A stretch of 64,000 nucleotides of DNA from an uncultured Candidatus Rokubacteria bacterium (GCA_963771355.1 CAVYTA010000006.1:1344001-1408000); one strand, 5' to 3'. Positions 1 through 10,207 are shown, counted from the first letter of the stretch. Made by a program: numbers and translations. The notes: a model not told the origin generated them from the sequence alone.

Positions 1-562
1 TCGAAGGCCCCCGGGTGCTCGCGGTCGTACCGACCGCCGAGCTCGAGCAGCGCCTCGAAGGTCATGACCTGGTCGTCCTGGAAGCCGTGCAGACCCTCCA
101 TGTCGTAGACGACGATCTTCACCAGGGCCGGGCAGCGCGCGCGCACTTCGAGGATCTTGTCGAGCTGCTCCTCGTTCTCCACGAAGAAGAAGCGGGTACC
201 GCTGTCGTTGACGATGTACTCGACCTGGCGGGCGGAGTCGGTGGAGTAGATGCCGTTGGGGATGCCGGCCACCGACATGACGCCGAGATCGGTGTAGAGC
301 CACTCCGGTCCGTTGTCCGCGAGGATCGCGACCACGTCGCGCGGCTCGAGCCCGAGCGCCACGAGCCCCAGGCCCACCCGCCGCGCCCGCTCGCCGTAGT
401 CGCGCCAGGAGATACCCCGCCAGATGCCGAGGTGCTTCTCGCGCAGGGCCACGCGATCGCCCCGCTCGCGCACCACGTGGCGAAAGAGCCGGGGCAGGGT
501 GTCCTGCCCGTGCACGGTGAAGGCCGCGCGATCGGACGAGGAGACCGGGCCGGGTGCCGTTC

Positions 563-572
<10 letters not shown>
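1..572 (-). CDS. Long-chain fatty acid-CoA ligase (AMP-binding), 5' part; runs off the window edge
   Basis: Not in the ORF track. Manual translation from ATG at 572 gives MALRTAPG...DTLPRLFRHVVRERGDRVALREKHLGIWRGISWRDY...ILADNGPEWLYTDLG...GIYSTDSARQVEYIVNDSG, a typical FadD15-like N-terminus. It overlaps the livF stop. Confidence 0.85.
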
Positions 573-1336
<764 letters not shown>

Positions 1337-1340
1337 CGGG

Positions 1341-2099
1341 TCAGCCTCCGAGGTACGCCTTGATCACGTCGGGATGCTCCTGCACTTCGCGTGACGTCCC
1401 GCAGGCCACCACGCGCCCGTAGTTCAACGCCAGCACCCGATCGGACACCGCGCTCACCAGGCTCATGTCGTGCTCGACCATGAGCACGGTGATGCCGAGC
1501 AGCGTGCGGATGTCCTGGATCCAGAAGGCCATGTCCGCGGTCTCCTCCACGCTGAGGCCGGAGGAGGGCTCGTCGAGCAGGAGCAGCGCCGGCTCGGTGC
1601 AGAGCGCGCGTCCCATCTCGACGACCTTCCGCACCCCGTAGGGCAGGTTCACCACGAGGCTGTCGCGATAGGCCTGCAGGGCGAGGAAGTCGATCACCTT
1701 CTCGGCCGCTTCGCGGTGGGCGCGCTCCCGCGCCCGTACGCTCGGCAGGAACAGCAGCTCGGCGGCCAGGTGCGGGCGGGCGTGGGCGTGACGGCCCAGG
1801 AGCAGGTTCTGCAGCACGGTGGCGTGCTCGAACAGCTCGATGTTCTGGAAGGTGCGCGCGACGCCGCGGCGGGCAATCTCGTGGGGCGGCACCTGGGTGA
1901 TGTCCTCGTCCCGGAAGATCAGGCGGCCCTGGGTCGGGTCGTAGATGCGGGAGATCAGGTTGAAGATCGTGGTCTTGCCCGCCCCGTTGGGCCCGATGAT
2001 GGTGAAGACCTGGCCCTGCTCGACCTCGAAGCTCACGCCGTCCACGGCCCGGATGCCCCCGAAGTTCACCACGAGCTCGTCGACGGCGAAGAACGTCAT
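1341..2099 (-). CDS. livG: ABC transporter ATP-binding protein (LivG-like)
   Basis: Start MTFFAVDELVVNFGG overlaps the upstream stop (ATGA). GPNGAGKTT, RTFQN, LLLDEPSSG and the C-terminal VIKAYLG are present. Confidence 0.93.
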   Translation of the reverse strand: MTFFAVDELVVNFGGIRAVDGVSFEVEQGQVFTIIGPNGAGKTTIFNLISRIYDPTQGRLIFRDEDITQVPPHEIARRGVARTFQNIELFEHATVLQNLLLGRHAHARPHLAAELLFLPSVRARERAHREAAEKVIDFLALQAYRDSLVVNLPYGVRKVVEMGRALCTEPALLLLDEPSSGLSVEETADMAFWIQDIRTLLGITVLMVEHDMSLVSAVSDRVLALNYGRVVACGTSREVQEHPDVIKAYLGG

Positions 2100-3238
2100 C
2101 GCAGCCGCTCCGAGCGCATGTAGGTCTTCTGGCGTCGGAAGGTGGCGCGCTTGTAGAGCGGGAAGGTCGAGAAGAAGACCTGCATCTTGCGCCACCGGCC
2201 ATAGATGCCGAGCGGCTCGAACAGGATGAAGAGCACCAGGATCAGGCCGAAGATGCCAGGCTCGAGGCCCGGCTGCTTGACGAAACGGTCGAGCCCCAGG
2301 TACACGACGGCTCCCGCGTCCTGGCCGAGCAGCGCCACCGCCTGGCCCGCCCACTGGGGCACGCGGTCGCGCGCCTCCGAGATCAGCACCGGCAGGATCG
2401 CCACGAACACCGCGCCGTAGAGCGCGCCGTGCAGACTGCCGAGGCCGCCCACCACGACCATCAAGAGAAATTGGATCGAGAGGAGCACGCTGAAGATGTC
2501 CGGGGCCAGGTAGCCGATCTTGTGCGCGAACAGCGCGCCCGCCGCGCCCATGAGACCGGCGGAGTAGGCGAAGGCCATCGTCTTGTAGCGCGCGAGGTGC
2601 ACGCCCATGGACTGCGCAGCGATCTCGCTGTCGCGGATGGCCACCCAGGCCCGGCCGGTGGGCGCCCGGAGCACGTTGGCGGTGAGCCAGAGCCCGGCGA
2701 TCAGCACGGCCACGCAGAGGAAGTAGAACGCGACGTCGGAGGCGAACGAGACGCCGAAGATCACCGGCTTGTCCACCGGCCGGCCCTTGAGGCCGTGGGT
2801 GACCCGGTCCCAGCGCGTGAACACTTCCTGGATGATCAGCGCGAAGGCGAGCGTGGCGATGGTCAGGTAGACGCCGGTCATGCGGAGCGCGGGCAGACCC
2901 ACCAGCACGCCCGCCGCCGCCGAGATCGCCGCGGCCAGCGCCACCGAGACCACCCAGGGCAGGCCGAGATCCTGGAGACAGAACACGTGGGCGTAGGCGC
3001 CGATGCCGAGAAACGCTGCGTGTCCGAGGCTCACCAGGCCGGTGTAGCCGGCCAGCACCATCAGCGAGAGTCCGCAGAGCCCGTAGATGAAGACGAGGCT
3101 CACGTCCACCAGATAGGACGGCACCGCCAGCGGCAGCAGGATCACGGCCGCGAGCAGGCCTCCGTACCAGCGGCGCTGGACGCGATCGCGGAAGAGGCCC
3201 AGGTCGTCGTCGTACGCGGTCTTGTACGGAAAGCGCAT
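2096..3238 (-). CDS. livM: ABC transporter permease (LivM-like)
   Basis: GYTGLVSLGHAAFLGIGAY, YLTIATLAF, AIRDSEIAAQSMG; multiple hydrophobic segments. Confidence 0.92.
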   Translation of the reverse strand: MRFPYKTAYDDDLGLFRDRVQRRWYGGLLAAVILLPLAVPSYLVDVSLVFIYGLCGLSLMVLAGYTGLVSLGHAAFLGIGAYAHVFCLQDLGLPWVVSVALAAAISAAAGVLVGLPALRMTGVYLTIATLAFALIIQEVFTRWDRVTHGLKGRPVDKPVIFGVSFASDVAFYFLCVAVLIAGLWLTANVLRAPTGRAWVAIRDSEIAAQSMGVHLARYKTMAFAYSAGLMGAAGALFAHKIGYLAPDIFSVLLSIQFLLMVVVGGLGSLHGALYGAVFVAILPVLISEARDRVPQWAGQAVALLGQDAGAVVYLGLDRFVKQPGLEPGIFGLILVLFILFEPLGIYGRWRKMQVFFSTFPLYKRATFRRQKTYMRSERLR

Positions 3239-3245
3239 GCGCCGG

Positions 3246-4118
3246 TCAGACCTTCTTCCGACCCACGGTGCCGAACAGACCCTGGGGCCGGATGGCCAGC
3301 ACCAGGAGCAGTACGATGTAGGCCGCCACGTCTTTGAACCCCTGGGGCAGGTACACGCCCGAGAACAGCTCGATCAAGCCGATGGTGACGCCGCCGACCA
3401 GCGCACCCGGGATGGAGCCGAAGCCGCCCAGGACCGCGGCCGCGAAGGACTTCAACCCGATGAACCCGAGGTTGATGTCGATCAGCGACACCGGCGCGAG
3501 CAGCACGCCGGCGATGGCGGCCACCCCCGCCGAGATGGCCCAGATCAGCGAGAACATTCGCTTCACCGGGATGCCCATGTAGTAGGCGGCAAGCTGGTTC
3601 TGGGAGGCGGCCTGCATGGCGACCCCCACGCGCGAATACGTGAAGAAGGCGTAGAGCAGCGCGCACAGGAGCACCGTGCCCACGATGATGGCCACGTACT
3701 CGTGGCTCACGCTGACCGCGCCGAGCCGTGTCGTCCTGGCGCTGAACGGGGTCGGCAGCGTGTAGATCTCGGAGCCCCAGGTCATGGAGGCGAAGCTCCG
3801 GAACATGGCGCCGAGGCCGATCGTGAGCATGACCACCGCGAACTGGGGCTGGCCGATGACGCGCCTCAGGAGCGTGGCGTCGAGGACGGCGCCGAACAGC
3901 GCGACGATCCCCACCGCGAGGGCGAAGGCGGCCCAGTAGCCGACTCCGTACCAGACCACGAACATGTAGCAGACGAAGGCACCCAGCATGAGGAGATCGC
4001 CCTGGGCGAAGTTGACCAGCTCGGTGGCCTTGTAGATGAGGACGAAGCCGAGGGCGACCAGGCCGTAGATGCAGCCGACGGCGACACCGTTCAGGGCGAG
4101 TTGCAGAATGGTATCCAG
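3246..4118 (-). CDS. livH: ABC transporter permease (LivH-like), probable CTG start
   Basis: The frame extends 5' of the ORF-track ATG to (L)DTILQLALNGVAVGCIYGLVALGFVLIYKATELVNFAQG, the conserved LivH N-terminus. A G-rich SD-like run precedes the CTG at 4118. Confidence 0.9.
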   Translation of the reverse strand: MDTILQLALNGVAVGCIYGLVALGFVLIYKATELVNFAQGDLLMLGAFVCYMFVVWYGVGYWAAFALAVGIVALFGAVLDATLLRRVIGQPQFAVVMLTIGLGAMFRSFASMTWGSEIYTLPTPFSARTTRLGAVSVSHEYVAIIVGTVLLCALLYAFFTYSRVGVAMQAASQNQLAAYYMGIPVKRMFSLIWAISAGVAAIAGVLLAPVSLIDINLGFIGLKSFAAAVLGGFGSIPGALVGGVTIGLIELFSGVYLPQGFKDVAAYIVLLLVLAIRPQGLFGTVGRKKV

Positions 4119-4335
4119 AGCGGACCCCCCACCGGCGACGCCGGCTGCTGCGCCCGTCCGCCGCGACGACCCTGTCGCAGGATAGGCAACATGAACGACC
4201 TCCGGAGACGGTCGCCCCCTTCCTTGGGCCCCGTCAACGTGACCTCAGGTGCCAGACTCGGCCGCTGGCCGCCCTGAGGCGCACGACACCCAACACCCTC
4301 CGCGCGAGCCGAGAGCACCGGGCTGGCGCAGCGAC

Positions 4336-4364
4336 ACCCTAGCCAGGCGCCGCGCAGGTGTCAA
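4336..4364 (-). promoter_or_regulatory. sigma70-like promoter for the liv operon
   Basis: Minus strand TTGACA-17 bp-TAGGGT. Confidence 0.6.
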
Positions 4365-4945
4365 GCGTCCAGGCGGACTTCATGCACCTCGCCAGGGCGG
4401 CGCGAGTCCTTGACGCCCCGCTCGACGGCATCCATGCTTTCGGCACGGCGAAGTCGGAGGCGCACGCCCTCACGGTGACCATTCGGGAGACGCCCTGTCG
4501 AGACACCATGAGCGGCGAGGCGATGAGCCATGCGGTGACCGTGCGACTGAGCGGGCGCGAATATCGCGGCTGCGGCGTGGTGCTGCGCACCGGTTCGCTC
4601 ACCAATACCTACTGGAAGCTCACCGAGCTTGACGGTCGCGCCGTGCTCGCCTCTCCCGATCGCCGGGAGCCGCATCTGCGACTGATGGTCGAAGGCGCCC
4701 GTGTGGCCGGCTCCACCGGGTGCAACAGTATCCTCGGCCGCTACGAGCAAGCTGGAGACCGCATCCGATTCTCCGCGCTGGCCACCACGCGGATGGCCTG
4801 CCTCGACGCGGAGGCCAACCGTCAGGAAGGGGTCTTCGCGGAAGTTCTGGGCCAGGTGGACCGCTTCATGGTGTCGGGCGATGCCCTCACCCTCTACCAG
4901 GGAGACCGGCCCCGGGCTCGCTTCGCTGCCGTGTACCTACGCTAG
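4358..4945 (+). CDS. META domain (HslJ-like) protein, start uncertain and possibly 5'-truncated
   Basis: LTNTYWKLTEL...VAGSTGCN...ATTRMAC is a META pattern. It is preceded by a PCRDTMSG...YRGCG segment. No signal peptide is visible. Confidence 0.75.
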   Translation: MSSVQADFMHLARAARVLDAPLDGIHAFGTAKSEAHALTVTIRETPCRDTMSGEAMSHAVTVRLSGREYRGCGVVLRTGSLTNTYWKLTELDGRAVLASPDRREPHLRLMVEGARVAGSTGCNSILGRYEQAGDRIRFSALATTRMACLDAEANRQEGVFAEVLGQVDRFMVSGDALTLYQGDRPRARFAAVYLR

Positions 4946-4960
4946 ACCCGCTCCTTGACG

Positions 4961-6193
4961 TCAAACTGGACGCCCGCTCGAGGCCGCGTCGTCCCCCTCG
5001 GCGGAGGGCCGGCGTCGCCGGCGCCGGCCCAGCAGGCTGGCCGGGCGCACGGCGTCCTCGCCGAAGCGCTCGGTGAGCTGGTCCAGCGCCCGTCCCAGGC
5101 GCTCGCGCCGCGCGAGGTCGGGACCGAAGAGTGGGATCTGCCCCTGCCCCGCGGGACCCAGCCCGGACACCGAGAGACCAAGGAGGCGCACCGCCTGGAT
5201 GAGCCGCACCCGGCCGAGCAGCGCGGCAGCCTCCTCGAAGATACGCAGGCCATCCTGGGTGGGCTCGCCGGTATGGGCGCGCGTGTAGGTCGAGAAGTCG
5301 GCGAAGCGGATCTTGAGCGTCACTACGCGCCCGGCATACCCTTCGGACCGCAGCTCCCGGGCCACCCGCTCGGCCTGCCCTCGCAGGGTCGCGCGCAGGC
5401 GGTCGAGGTCACGATGGTCGGCGTCAAAGGTCTCCTCCGCGCCCATGGACTTGGGCACGCCGAACGGCTCGACCGGGCGCTCGTCGCGGCCGCGGGCGAG
5501 CTCTGCGAGAGCAAGGCCGCCGCTGCCGAAGCGTGCCTCCAGCGCAGCGCGCGGCATTTTCGCGAGCTGACCGATCGTTCGGATGCCGAGGCCCTCCAGC
5601 TCGGACGCGGTGACCTTGCCCACGCCCCAGAGCCGTCCGATGGGAAGCGGCGCCAGGAAGGCTTCCTCGGACCCGGGTGGTACGACCACGAGCCCGTCGG
5701 GCTTCTCGAGCTCGGACGCCACCTTGGCGAGGAACTTGTTCGGCGCCACCCCCACCGAAGCGGTCAGGGACATTTCGGCGCGTATCCTCGCCTTGATCTC
5801 CCGCGCGATGCGGGGGCCGTCGCCGCGAAGCGCGCGGCTCTCGGTGACGTCGAGGAAGGCCTCGTCGATGGACACCGGCTCCAGCAGCGGCGTCCACTGC
5901 GCCAGCAGCGCCATGATCTCTCGCGATACCCCCGCGTACTTGTCCATGGCCACCGGCAGGTACACGGCGTCGGGACAGAGCCGGTAGGCGCGACTGATGG
6001 GCATGGCGGAGTGAATGCCGAAGCGGCGAGCCTCATAGGAGGCGGCGGAGACGACGCCGCGCCCGCCCGGCAGGGCGCCCACCACCACCGGGCGGCCCCG
6101 CAGCTCGGGTCGGTCCCGCTGCTCGACGGACGCGTAGAACGCGTCCATGTCCACGTGAATCACCGTCCGGATCGCGGGCGCGGATCCGGGCAT
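4961..6193 (-). CDS. dinB: DNA polymerase IV (Y-family)
   Basis: IHVDMDAFYASVEQ, ASYEARRFGI, SIDEAFLD, NKFLAKVAS. Confidence 0.95.
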   Translation of the reverse strand: MPGSAPAIRTVIHVDMDAFYASVEQRDRPELRGRPVVVGALPGGRGVVSAASYEARRFGIHSAMPISRAYRLCPDAVYLPVAMDKYAGVSREIMALLAQWTPLLEPVSIDEAFLDVTESRALRGDGPRIAREIKARIRAEMSLTASVGVAPNKFLAKVASELEKPDGLVVVPPGSEEAFLAPLPIGRLWGVGKVTASELEGLGIRTIGQLAKMPRAALEARFGSGGLALAELARGRDERPVEPFGVPKSMGAEETFDADHRDLDRLRATLRGQAERVARELRSEGYAGRVVTLKIRFADFSTYTRAHTGEPTQDGLRIFEEAAALLGRVRLIQAVRLLGLSVSGLGPAGQGQIPLFGPDLARRERLGRALDQLTERFGEDAVRPASLLGRRRRRRPSAEGDDAASSGRPV

Positions 6194-6199
6194 GGCGGA

Positions 6200-6769
6200 C
6201 TACTGCGCGGGGCCCCCGAGGCCGAGCGAAGGAGCCACCGCGGTGAGCGCGCCGATGACGAAGCGCAGATGCTCCTCGAGCGGCACCGCCAGCTCCTCGG
6301 CCCCCCGCGTGACGTCGTGGCGGTTCACCGTCCGGGCGAAGCCCTTGTCCTTGAGCTTCTTGAGCACGGAGGCGGGCTCGAGGCCGGCGATGGCGCGACC
6401 GGGCCGCACCAGGGCGCAGGCGGTGACGAAGCCGGCGGGCTCGTCGCAGGCGTAGAGCGCCCGGTCGAGCAGGGACACCCGAGGGCAGCCGGAATAGTCG
6501 GCATGGGCGAGGATGGCGTACACGATCTCTTCGGGTACCCCCCGCGCGCGCAAGATCTCCGCGCCCTTGAGCGGATGCTGGGGCGCGGTGGGGTGTATCT
6601 CGTAGTCGAAGTCGTGGAGCATCCCGGCGATGCCCCAGGCCGCCGCATCCGCGCCGTAACGGCCGGCATAGGCCCGCATGGCCGCTTCCACCGCGAGCGC
6701 GTGCTTGCGCAGGCTGTCGGTGTGGGTGAATTCGGTGAGGACACTCCAGGCGGCGGAGCGATCGATCAT
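6200..6769 (-). CDS. HD-domain phosphohydrolase
   Basis: KHALAVE...GMLHDFDYE...H...ILAH...ACDE metal-binding pattern. Confidence 0.88.
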   Translation of the reverse strand: MIDRSAAWSVLTEFTHTDSLRKHALAVEAAMRAYAGRYGADAAAWGIAGMLHDFDYEIHPTAPQHPLKGAEILRARGVPEEIVYAILAHADYSGCPRVSLLDRALYACDEPAGFVTACALVRPGRAIAGLEPASVLKKLKDKGFARTVNRHDVTRGAEELAVPLEEHLRFVIGALTAVAPSLGLGGPAQ

Positions 6770-6801
6770 CTCGGGACCGGGGAGGGGGAGGCGGTCCTAC
6801 A

Positions 6802-6984
6802 TCAAGCGCGGGCGGTGGGCTGGCGGGCCTTCCACTTGTCGATGGACTTCTTGGACAGGAGCCACTGGCCGTTGTGATGCAGCGCGGGGATGCGGCGCTC
6901 GAGAGCCATGCGCGTCACCGTCTGCTCGTCCATGGCCAGGTACTGCGACGCCTCCTTGATGCTCATCGTGTCCGTGGGAACCAC
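6802..6984 (-). CDS. Small helix-turn-helix (excisionase/HTH_17-like) DNA-binding protein
   Basis: MSIKEASQYL...TVTRMALERRIPA...GQW...IDKW pattern; AAAGGAG SD upstream. Confidence 0.8.
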   Translation of the reverse strand: MVPTDTMSIKEASQYLAMDEQTVTRMALERRIPALHHNGQWLLSKKSIDKWKARQPTARA

Positions 6985-7024
6985 GCCGTCTCCTTTTTCA
7001 TTCGTCTCTCGCTCTGGGCCGCTT

Positions 7025-7693
7025 TCACGCCTGTTCCTCGCTCTCGCGCGCGGGGTGCTTCAGGGCCTCCAGCTCGCCCTCGAGCGCCCGAATGCGGTCG
7101 AGCAAGTGCTCCACCGTCCGCGCCAGCGGATCGGGCAGGTCCACCTGGTTGAGGTCGATCTCGCCGTGGACACGCTGCCCGTCACGATATGTTACCCGGC
7201 CGGGCACGCCCACGACAACCGAGTTCTCCGGGACCTCCCGCACCACCACCGAGCCCGCGCCGATCCGGCTCCCCGCCCCGATGGTGAAGCCGCCCAGAAT
7301 CTTGGCCCCCGCGCCCACGGTGACGTTGTCGCCCAGGGTGGGATGACGCTTCTCCCGCCGCACACTGGTGCCGCCGAGGGTCACGCCCTGGAGCAGCGAC
7401 ACGTTCTGGCCGACCTCCGCCGTCTCGCCGATGACGATGCCCATGCCGTGGTCGATGAAGAGGCCCGGCCCGAGCTTGGCCGCGGGATGAATCTCGATCC
7501 CGGTGAGGAAGCGGCCCAGGTGGGCCACGAAGCGCGCGAGCGTATGCCAGCCCGCGTTCCAGAGGCGGTGCGCCACGCGATGAATCCAGATGGCGTGGAC
7601 GCCGGGATACGCCAGCACCACCTCGAGCTTCGAGCGCGCGGCGGGATCCCGTTCGAGCACGGTCTGCACGTCGGCTTTCATCCGCTCGAACAT
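7025..7693 (-). CDS. cysE: Serine O-acetyltransferase
   Basis: [39 protein letters not shown] hexapeptide region; start MFERMKAD. Confidence 0.95.
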   Translation of the reverse strand: MFERMKADVQTVLERDPAARSKLEVVLAYPGVHAIWIHRVAHRLWNAGWHTLARFVAHLGRFLTGIEIHPAAKLGPGLFIDHGMGIVIGETAEVGQNVSLLQGVTLGGTSVRREKRHPTLGDNVTVGAGAKILGGFTIGAGSRIGAGSVVVREVPENSVVVGVPGRVTYRDGQRVHGEIDLNQVDLPDPLARTVEHLLDRIRALEGELEALKHPARESEEQA

Positions 7694-7697
7694 CGCC

Positions 7698-8099
7698 TCA
7701 TGCCTCCCCGGCCGGCCAGCCGCCGGCCTCTCGCATCCGGGCCATCGCATCCCGCGCCGCCGCCCGGACGGCTGCGCTCACCACGTGGGCGGCATGGGCC
7801 CGGTCCGCGGGGAGTCCTCCCACCGCCGACTCCACGCGCGCGTCGACCAGCTCCAGCAAGTCCTCCACCGCCACCCCCCGGATCAGCTCCGTGGCCGCGC
7901 TCGAGGCCGCGATGGTCGGCCCGCACCCGTAGGTCTGGAACCGCGCCTCCGTCACCCGACCCTCGCGCACCCGCAGGTACACTCGCGCGAGGTCCATACA
8001 CTCCGGGTACTCACTCTCCCCGACCCCGTCGGGATCGCGCATCATGCCCGCATTCCGCGGGTTGCGAAAGTGCTCGATCAGGGTCGGGCTATAGCGCAC
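7698..8099 (-). CDS. IscU/NifU N-terminal-like scaffold homolog, divergent
   Basis: [16 protein letters not shown]...CMD...FQTYGCG; the third Cys is absent (RAHAA). Confidence 0.85.
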   Translation of the reverse strand: MRYSPTLIEHFRNPRNAGMMRDPDGVGESEYPECMDLARVYLRVREGRVTEARFQTYGCGPTIAASSAATELIRGVAVEDLLELVDARVESAVGGLPADRAHAAHVVSAAVRAAARDAMARMREAGGWPAGEA

Positions 8100-8100
8100 C

Positions 8101-9255
8101 TCAAGCCTTCAGGGGAGAGAGGCTCCGCAGCTTCCCCGCCAGCGGCTCCACGCAGTCCAGCACGTAGTCGACGTCCTCGGCGGTGGTGGTCCGGCCCAGC
8201 GAGCACCGCACCGCACCCATCGCCCAGTCCAGGGGCATCCCCATGGCCACGAGCACGTGGGAGGGCTCGATGCTCCCCGAGGTACAGGCCGACCCTGCCG
8301 AGACCGCGACGCCCTTGAGATCCAGCCCCAGCACGATGGATTCGGACTCGATGTGCCGGAAGCACACGTTGCAGGTGCCGGGCAGCCGCTCGGTGGGATG
8401 GCCGTTGAGCCGGATCTCCGGCACCCGCCGCTCGAGGCCCGCCCAGAGGCGATCCCGGAGCCCGCGGACCCGGGTCTCCTCGGCCGCCATGTCGCGGGCC
8501 CGCACCTCCACCGCCCTGCCGAGGCCGACGATGCCGGGGACGTTCTCGGTGCCCGCGCGACGCCGCCGCTCGTGCTCCCCGCCGTGCTGCACCGACACCA
8601 TCTTGGTGCCCTTGCGGATATAGAGGCCGGCGATGCCCTTCGGCCCGTAGATCTTGTGCGACGAGAAGGACAGCAGGTCGATGCCGAGGGCGTCGAGGTC
8701 CAGCGGAAGCTTGCCGAAGGTCTGCACCGCGTCCACGTGGAAGGGAATCTCCCGCTCGCGGGTGAGCCGCCCGATGGCGGCCACCGGCTGGATGGTCCCC
8801 ACCTCGGAGTTGGCGTGCATGATCGACACCACGATGGTGTCGGATCGGAGCGCGCGCCGCACGTCGTCCGGATCCACCATGCCGTGGCCGTCCACCGGCA
8901 CGTACGTGGCCTCGAAGCCCGCCTTCTCCAGGGCCTGCACGCTGCGGAGGACGGCGTGGTGCTCCACCGCGGAGGTCACGATGTGCCCGCGGCCCCGCGC
9001 GGCGGCGATTCCCTTCACGGCCACGTTGTCGGATTCGGTCCCGCCGGAGGTGAACACGATCTCGTCCTTGCCCACGCGGAGGAAGTGCGCCACGCGCTCG
9101 CGCGCGCCCTCGACCCCGTCGCGCGCCTCGCGGCCGAAGCCGTGGATGCTGGAGGGATTCCCGAACCGCTCGGAGAAGAACGGCAGCATCGCCTCGAGCA
9201 CCTCCGGATGCACGGAGGTGGAGGCGTTGTGATCCAGATACACGCGACGGTTCAT
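8101..9255 (-). CDS. nifS: Cysteine desulfurase (NifS/IscS type I), second copy
   Basis: YLDHNAST, FTSGGTES, HVDAVQ, SSHKIYGPKG (PLP Lys), SAGSACTS (catalytic Cys). Confidence 0.93.
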   Translation of the reverse strand: MNRRVYLDHNASTSVHPEVLEAMLPFFSERFGNPSSIHGFGREARDGVEGARERVAHFLRVGKDEIVFTSGGTESDNVAVKGIAAARGRGHIVTSAVEHHAVLRSVQALEKAGFEATYVPVDGHGMVDPDDVRRALRSDTIVVSIMHANSEVGTIQPVAAIGRLTREREIPFHVDAVQTFGKLPLDLDALGIDLLSFSSHKIYGPKGIAGLYIRKGTKMVSVQHGGEHERRRRAGTENVPGIVGLGRAVEVRARDMAAEETRVRGLRDRLWAGLERRVPEIRLNGHPTERLPGTCNVCFRHIESESIVLGLDLKGVAVSAGSACTSGSIEPSHVLVAMGMPLDWAMGAVRCSLGRTTTAEDVDYVLDCVEPLAGKLRSLSPLKA

Positions 9256-9283
9256 TGACGGTCCCCTTTCACGATGCTAGGCT
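9255..9283 (+). promoter_or_regulatory. sigma70-like promoter of the dsrE-like gene, overlapping the nifS start
   Basis: TTGACG-17 bp-TAGGCT with an extended TG, 9 nt before the ATG at 9293. Confidence 0.6.
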
Positions 9284-9292
9284 GAGCCCGCG

Positions 9293-9610
9293 ATGGAATA
9301 CGCGGGGAAAAAGCTCGGTCTCATGCTCTCCACCGGCCCCGAACACCGCAACCTCGAGACCGTGGTGGGTCTGTCCGAGGCGGCGCTCGATCGCGGCGCG
9401 CAGGTCTACCTCTACCTCATCGACGACGGCGTGGCCGCCGTCGACGACCCTCGCGTCCAGACGCTGGGCGAGCGGGGCGCGCGTCTCTTCGTGTGCGCCT
9501 TCGGCTGCCAGAAGCGCGGGCTCCCGCTCTCGGAGCGCGCCACCAACTGTGGCCTGGTGGTGCTCACCGACGTCATCATCGGCACCGATCGCTTCGTCGC
9601 GCTGAACTGA
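9293..9610 (+). CDS. DsrE/TusD-like sulfur relay protein
   Basis: YLYLIDDGV...LFVCAFGCQKRG, with Cys at the DsrE sulfur-carrying position. Confidence 0.82.
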   Translation: MEYAGKKLGLMLSTGPEHRNLETVVGLSEAALDRGAQVYLYLIDDGVAAVDDPRVQTLGERGARLFVCAFGCQKRGLPLSERATNCGLVVLTDVIIGTDRFVALN

Positions 9611-9614
9611 TCGC

Positions 9615-9971
9615 GTGCCCGACGGCCGGCCCGTGCTCGTGCTGATCTCGGAGGATCCGCGCGTGTCCCACCGCGCCAACGAGGCCATGCGCATCGCGCT
9701 CGGCGTGGTGGCGGGCGAGAACGACGTGGCGGTGGTGCTCAGCGGGCCCGCCGCCCACCTGCTCGACGCCGACACCGACGACCTCGTGGACGGGGACGAC
9801 ATCGCCAAGTTCCGCGCGGCGCTGAAGAAGCTCGGTATCGTCTTCCACGTGGAGACCGGCGCCGCGCCGTCGGATCCCGACTGGAATGCGGACGGCCACC
9901 CGGTGGCTCCCATCGACGCGGACGGAGTAGCCGCGCTCGCCGCCCGGGCGAGCCGGTACCTCGTCTTCTGA
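9615..9971 (+). CDS. DsrF/TusC-like protein
   Basis: VLVLISEDP...EAMRIALG...VVLSG; size and position between DsrE- and DsrH-like genes. Confidence 0.7.
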   Translation: MPDGRPVLVLISEDPRVSHRANEAMRIALGVVAGENDVAVVLSGPAAHLLDADTDDLVDGDDIAKFRAALKKLGIVFHVETGAAPSDPDWNADGHPVAPIDADGVAALAARASRYLVF

Positions 9972-10192
9972 TGGCGCGCTACCTCCACCTCCTCAAGGCC
10001 GACACGCCCGCGCTGGCGCCCGCGGTCATCGGACAAGCCGCCCCGGATGCTACCGTCACCGTGGTCATGCTGGACGGGAGCGTCCCCCCGACCCTGCCGC
10101 CGGGCGCACGTCTCCTGCGCCTGGGCGAGGGCCTCGACCATGCCGGGCTCCTCGACCTGATCTTCGAGTCGGACCACGTGATCAGCTGGTAG
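9971..10192 (+). CDS. DsrH/TusB-like protein
   Basis: YLHLLK N-terminus and LLDLIFESDHVISW C-terminus typical of DsrH; TGATG coupling to the upstream gene. Confidence 0.68.
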   Translation: MARYLHLLKADTPALAPAVIGQAAPDATVTVVMLDGSVPPTLPPGARLLRLGEGLDHAGLLDLIFESDHVISW

Positions 10193-10207
10193 CATCTCGG
10201 CCCGGCG

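Noticed and set aside
6802..6984. Prophage or integrative element marked by an excisionase
   Set aside because: No integrase, att-like repeats, tRNA or compositional shift nearby.
9293..10192. Evidence for dissimilatory sulfur oxidation (Dsr pathway)
   Set aside because: No dsrAB, dsrC or dsrMKJOP in the window. DsrEFH-like proteins also serve biosynthetic sulfur relays.
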